This document shows, piece after piece, positions 62,501 to 64,000 of a stretch of 64,000 nt of DNA. Below the pieces are notes generated by a model. The model was given only the letters and a program-made list of their open reading frames with translations, was not told the origin of the DNA and ran no database searches. Positions within the stretch are counted from its first letter, which is position 1; each line of letters begins with the position of its first letter. Position numbers and translations under genes: made by a program. The stretch is from Halocafeteria seosinensis (Eukaryota). Location: contig LVLI01000202.1 in assembly GCA_001687465.1 (NCBI GenBank), forward strand, positions 124,001 to 188,000, in the 5' to 3' direction.

Positions 62501-64000
62501 TGGGAATGTCGTATCGTTAGGTGAAGCCGAAACGGCTGCTTCCACGTTTCTGGGGCGAAGGAAGTCTCAGCGCATTAACCTTTGTACATATGCCGCTAGT
62601 TCAGCATCTCGCCGATGCGAAATGGAATGGCCAACAGATTGGAACAAGCCAAGCAGTGGATCTGCTAAGGAAAAGGGAAAGAAGCAAGCTGGCAAAGATG
62701 CATCGTCAAAGAAGAAACAGGACTCAACTCGAAAAGAAAAAGAAACTCCTTCTGGGTCGGCGCGTGAGAGCACTTGTGGCTCCTCAGTGTCTTTGTTCGG
62801 CGGACTTGTGGCAGACAGCTCCGTCCTATCGAAAAAACGAATTTTTGTCAGGGAGCCTTCTTCTCATGAAACTGGTGAACCAGAGTCCCAGCGAACGGAG
62901 AATTTCAAGTCTTGCACTGTGGAATCGTCCCCGAGTATAGAGAGTTTGCTACATAGATGTCCGTTTTTTCATGGTGCTCTGGGTACCACTGCCAAGGCTT
63001 TGGGGCGGAAGAATGAACTCGGGCCTTCTATGACTGGGTGGACAAACAGTACTCTAGATGCCATATTCGGCCATACCTGCGAGCTGGGCGACCAATGCTG
63101 CAGGTTAAACGAAGGGATGGTGTTGTCAGGCTTGCCATTCAATGTTGCGGAGGCTATTGTATTAGAAACATCACTTTTGGGCAGTGGTAGTAGTGTTGGA
63201 AGCGGAACTCGGCTGAAGCGGCGATCAGTACCTCTCAGTGCAGATCTAACACGACTGTGCGAAGAATGCGTAAAGAAGTGCACTACTGATGCTGAGGAGG
63301 ATACTACCTCCGCCAGATCAAGCAATACAAGACAAGCCACAGAAGAACCTCCAGCACTGTCCGTTAAAACCGTTTCGCTTCAAAAGGACACCATTCTATG
63401 CTCGTTGCAGGCCCCTTATGCTAGGGCCGGATTCGCCCTCTGTGGATACCAGAGATGCGACTCATTGGAGAACGAACTGTTCGAGGAAACCAGCGAAGAA
63501 GATGAAAGAAGCCAGAAAAATGCTTCTCGGTTTCGACTGAGCTCAAGTCAGGAAACGCTTGGCTGTTTGATGCAATGGGAAGAACAGCGCGGGAAGGGAG
63601 ATGACGCTGCTGGCCTTGGATATCAGCTACCCAAGGGGCAACAGAGTAGTGATGACACTTGCTTACATGACAACTTAGGGGAGGTTATGAAGAACTTAGG
63701 TTTGGAATCTCTCGCGGAGGTTGACGATGCCAATAACGGAGTCATTGCTGGCGCCGTTGTGCATGCTTTATGTGGCTTCCTTGGAATGGATGTGGAGGAA
63801 GATGGTTCGCTGCTGTGCTCTACACTTATCGCAACTGATTTCGTCGATCAACTTGATGTAGTTCCGTCGAAACACTTGAAATGGGAAGAAACACACCTGC
63901 ACACACCCTTGTCTACATTAGAACTGGCTCTAAGGGTCGCGTTGGGTACCGGTCGTGACGGTAGCGGCGATGTGACTTTTCGTGGTGTGGAGCAACTGGA
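59532..64000 (+). CDS. SPEF2/CPC1-like flagellar central-pair protein, 5' part (intron 60903-60977; runs off window)
   Basis: N-terminal CH-like domain (EEAFSTGYKFA...RMRNFKRL...IMTEQRGAALRLLLQV). The exon from 60978 stays open to 64000 and is absent from the ORF track because it has no stop. It includes GMVLSGLPFNVAEAIVLE, like the SPEF2 adenylate-kinase-like region. Confidence 0.7.

Noticed and set aside
3705..63540. Numerous antisense or nested ORFs in the track (e.g. 3845-4462, 21136-21732, 52058-52585, 62090-62545)
   Set aside because: They are shadows of the real coding frames, with no independent motifs.

Overview
A gene-dense stretch of a compact eukaryotic genome with short (roughly 45-90 nt) GT-AG introns and the standard code. 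Ciliary genes (SPEF2-like, CSPP1/CCDC66-like) and a Crinkler-like gene suggest a flagellated protist, plausibly a stramenopile (inference). About 22 protein genes can be assembled by eye from the ORF fragments: kinesin-14, a Cys-less pentameric ligand-gated channel with a frameshift, a coiled-coil protein, a TBC RabGAP, a WBP4-like U1-zinc-finger/Tudor protein, a dephospho-CoA kinase-Nudix-tail-anchor fusion, UTP21/WDR36, a CHGN/GT7-like glycosyltransferase, ALDH, Gemin2, a TMX thioredoxin, ALKBH1, a bacterial-type FkbH, an EamA transporter, ataxin-3 with a UBX-like domain, a CSPP1-like protein, RMND1 and SPEF2 (runs off the window). An accessory island at about 24.4-31.0 kb interrupts the housekeeping genes. 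It holds an intronless Crinkler-type NTPase plus restriction-endonuclease-fold ORF, followed by an AT-rich tract with three copies of a 28-41 bp terminal repeat and decayed ORFs. No tRNA, rRNA or CRISPR array was seen. All family calls come from motif recognition by eye; no searches were run, and exon boundaries are unverified predictions.
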